Of a stretch of 64,000 nt of DNA, positions 60,944 to 64,000 are shown piece after piece. The stretch is from NCBI RefSeq assembly GCF_035084215.1, contig NC_090331.1, positions 74,400,001 through 74,464,000 of the forward strand, in the 5' to 3' direction. A model generated the notes under the pieces. The model was not told the origin of the DNA. It saw only the letters and a list, made by a program, of their open reading frames with translations, and searched no databases. The stretch comes from Heptranchias perlo. Taxonomy: Eukaryota. A program made the translations under genes and the position numbers. Each line of letters opens with the position of its first letter. Within the stretch, counting starts at the first letter, position 1.

Positions 60944-62166
60944 TCATAGAATCATAGAGTGATACAACACAGAAGGAGGCCATTCAGCCCATTGTGCCTG
61001 TGTCGTTTCTTTGAAAGAGCTATGCAATTTGTCCCATTCCCCTGCTCCACAGCCCTGCAAATTTTTCCCCTTCAAGTATTTATCCAATTCCCTTTTGAAA
61101 GTTATTATTGAATCTACTTCCACCATCCTTTCATGCAGTGGATTCCAGATCATAATAACTCGCTGCCTAAAACAATTTTTCCTCATGTCGCCTCTGGTTC
61201 TTTTGCTAATTGCCTTAAATCTGTGTCCTCTGGTTACCGACCCTTCTGCCATTGGAAACACTTTCTCCTTATTTACTTTATCAATACCCTTCATGATTTT
61301 GAGCACCTCTATCAAATCTCCCCTTAACCTTCTCTGCTATAAGGAGAACAACCCCAGTTTCACTAGTCTTTCCATGTAACTGAAGTCCCTCATCCCTGAT
61401 ACCATTCTAGTTAGTCTCCTCTGCACCCTCTCTAAGGTCTTGGCATCCTTCCTAAAGTGTGGTGTGCAGAATTGAATATAATACTCCAGCTGGGGCCTAA
61501 CTAGTGGTTTTGTACTCTATGCCTCTATTTATAAAGCCAAGGATCCCTTATGCCTTTTTAACAACCTTCTCAATTTGCTCTGCCACCTTCAAAGATTTGT
61601 GTACATACACCTCAGGGCTCTCTGTTCCTGCACCCCCTTTGATATGCACCATTTAGTTTATATTGCCTTTCCTCATCCTTCCTACCAAAATGAATCACTT
61701 CACAGCGTTAAATTTCATCTGCCGTGTGTCTGCCCATTTCACCAGTCTATGTCCTCTTGAAGTCTGTTACAATTCTCCTCACTGTTTACTACATTTCCAA
61801 GCTTTGTGTCATCTGAAAACTTTGAAATTATGCCCTGTATGCCCAAGTCCAGGTCATTAATATATAACAAAAAGAGCAGTGGTCCCAACACTGACCCCTG
61901 GGGGACAACACTGTATAATTCCCTCCAGTCTGAAAAACAACCGTTTACCACTACTCTCTGCTTTCTTTCCCTTAGCCAATTCGTATTCACGCAGCCACTG
62001 CCCCTTTTATTCCATAGGCTTCAATTACGCCAACAAGTCTATTATGTGGTACTTTAACAAACGTCTTTTGAAAGTCTATATACACAACATCAATCACATT
62101 ACCCTCATCAACCCTCTATGTTACTTCATCAAAGAACTCAATCAAGTTAGTCAAATCTGATTTGCC
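60944..62166 (-). mobile_element. 5'-truncated decayed CR1 LINE
   Basis: ORFs 61739-61990 (VPQGSVLGPLLF, KFSDDTK) and 60944-61315; tail catagaatcatagag. Confidence 0.93.
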
Positions 62167-62689
62167 TAATTTGTTATCTCGATGTTGGTAATACTGGTAA
62201 GGTTATTGTCCATCCTTAGTTGACCTGAGAAAATGGTGGTGGCCCTCCTTTTTGAACCACTGCAGTCTACGTGGCGATAGTGCTCCCTCAATGGCGTTAG
62301 ATAAAGAACTCCAGGATTCTGAACCAGTGACGATGCAGCAATTTGTGCACTTGTAGGAGAATCACTGACTGATGCTAGGGTCTCTGTCAGGGGGAGCTTA
62401 TGCTGCAAATGTCTCTAGTGCTGCCATATGCTCCATGGCAAATTGTAATGTTGTAAAACCATCATGCAAGGCTGAGTGCGTACAGCTAGTGAACTCCATG
62501 TAAGCCTCCATCTGAAGCTTGCTGCTTAGCATGATTCCCAATAACTGCACTCAATGCTCAGAAGCATCTTTCTTTTGAAACCTGGTCCTGTGAGTTCGAG
62601 AAGCCTCCCCCCTTCTCTTCTCGGACTCACCCCAGGCTCATCAGTCTAGGAGTAACACAAGCCTGCTCTCTGGACAGCATGTTCCTGCT

Positions 62690-63638
62690 CCCCCTCTGGC
62701 AATACCAACTGCTTCTGTTCACTCATTCCCTCTCTCTGTCTGGCTTCTCTCCCTCGTACTGATTCTTTATTGACCACCTCCTTTTCATCATCTATGTACT
62801 GCGCCTTGGTGACATCATCTGCAGGCATTAGGACATCTTCTATGGGTTCGTTGATGACATCCAGCTCTACCTCTTCACCATCTCTCTCTCAACCTTTCCA
62901 CTGTGTTGTTAGGCTCCTTGTCTGACATCCTGTCTGGGATGAGTCGCAATTTCTTTCGGTTAATTATTGGGAAGACCAAAGCCATGGTCTTCAGCTCCTG
63001 CCACAAACTCCATCCCCATCCTCAGCCATTGCCTCAGACTGAACCAGATTATTCAACCCTGAGCTGTGCTTCTGACTCCATATCCTCTCCATTACAAGGA
63101 CTGCCTACATTGCCTGCCTCCGCTTCCACCTCAGTCCATCTGCTGCTGAAACCCTCAGTCATGCTGTTGTCACCTCTGGAATTAATTGTTCTAGTGCCAG
63201 CCAGCCTTCCATCTTCCACCCTTTGTAAACTTCAGAAACTCAGCTCATCCAAAACTCTGTTGCCCGTATCTTATCCCGTATCCTGTCCTCACTGACCTAC
63301 ATTGGCTACTGGTCCCCCAATCCCTTAAATTTAAAATTTTTATCCTCATGTTTAAATCCCTTCATGGCCTTGCCCCTCCCTATCGGTGATACCTCCTCCA
63401 ATCCTATAACCTCCACCCTCCACTTCCAAACTTCGTGTTTCTCTGTCACTGGGTTTTTGTGCATCCCTCTCCTCCCTTCACCCCATCATTGGCTGCCGTG
63501 CCTTCGGCCATCTAGGTCCTGTACTCTGGCATTCCTTCCCTAAACTCCCTCACCTCTGCACCTCCCACTCCTCTTTTAAGACCCTTCTTAAAACCCACTA
63601 AAGGTGCTGTATAAGTTGTTGTTGTTGTTGTTGTTGTT
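62690..63638 (+). mobile_element. Decayed L2-type LINE 3' portion ending in (GTT)n
   Basis: gttgatgacatccagctctacctc (DD.QLYL), tttaaaatttttatcctcatgtttaaatccc, aaggtgctgtataagttgttg. Confidence 0.8.

Positions 63639-63668
<30 letters not shown>
63615..63668. repeat. Compound microsatellite (GTT)8(GTC)10
   Basis: Read directly from the sequence. Confidence 0.97.
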
Positions 63669-63670
<2 letters not shown>

Positions 63671-63700
63671 ATACAAACACGCAAAATTGATGAGCAGGAA

Positions 63701-63783
63701 AGACCAGCTGGTCCATCAAGCCTGCCCCAAGACCAGCTGGTCCATCAAGCCTGCCCCAAGACCAACTGGTCCATTCAAGCCTG
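63701..63783. repeat. 29-bp tandem triplication inside a CR1-type 3' tail (minus strand)
   Basis: agaccagctggtccatcaagcctgcccca at 63701 and 63730, variant at 63759. Confidence 0.9.
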
Positions 63784-63817
63784 TGCTGGGTGAGACGACA
63801 ACTGTCACTTTCATCGT

Positions 63818-64000
63818 CATAGAATAATAGAATCTTACAGCACAAAAGGAGGCCATTCAGTCCGTCGTGCCTGTGCTGGCTCTTTGAAAGAGCTGTCTAA
63901 TTTAGTCCCACACCCCACCTTTTTCACCATAACCTTGCAAATTAGTCCTCTTCAAGTACATGTCCAATTGCCTTTTGAAAATTCCTTCTCTTTCAGGTAG
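63818..64000 (-). mobile_element. CR1 3' end running off the window
   Basis: catagaataatagaatcttacagcacaaaaggaggccattcag.. matches the other CR1 tails. Confidence 0.88.

Noticed and set aside
63588-63845. ORF with poly-Asp/poly-Asn tract
   Set aside because: Translation of the microsatellite and LINE tails.

Overview
Eukaryotic, transposon-saturated DNA with no recognisable host protein-coding gene. The repeat set (CR1 LINEs with zinc-finger/SGNH-esterase ORF1, L2 tails, Deu-domain SINEs, Harbinger elements) suggests a vertebrate, most likely a cartilaginous fish (inference). The centrepiece is an essentially full-length CR1 LINE (16806-21557): a 90-bp monomer array, an internal Pol II-like promoter, an intact ORF1, and an ORF2 broken by one small deletion, inserted into the 3' tail of an older CR1. 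The main observation is at the ORF1/ORF2 junction. A canonical -1 ribosomal slippery heptamer (U UUA AAC) directly precedes the ORF1 stop, the -1 frame runs open into the endonuclease, and ORF2 has no AUG before its first endonuclease motifs. The same heptamer in the same register recurs in two other divergent CR1 copies, with a variant in a fourth. This suggests a gag-pol-style ORF1-ORF2 fusion by programmed frameshifting. The window also holds many truncated and nested CR1/L2/Crack-like LINE fragments, Harbinger remnants (two retain only the spliced Myb/SANT gene), a probable solo LTR, MITEs, a 33-bp minisatellite and a few candidate non-coding exons. Boundaries of old fragments were estimated by eye.
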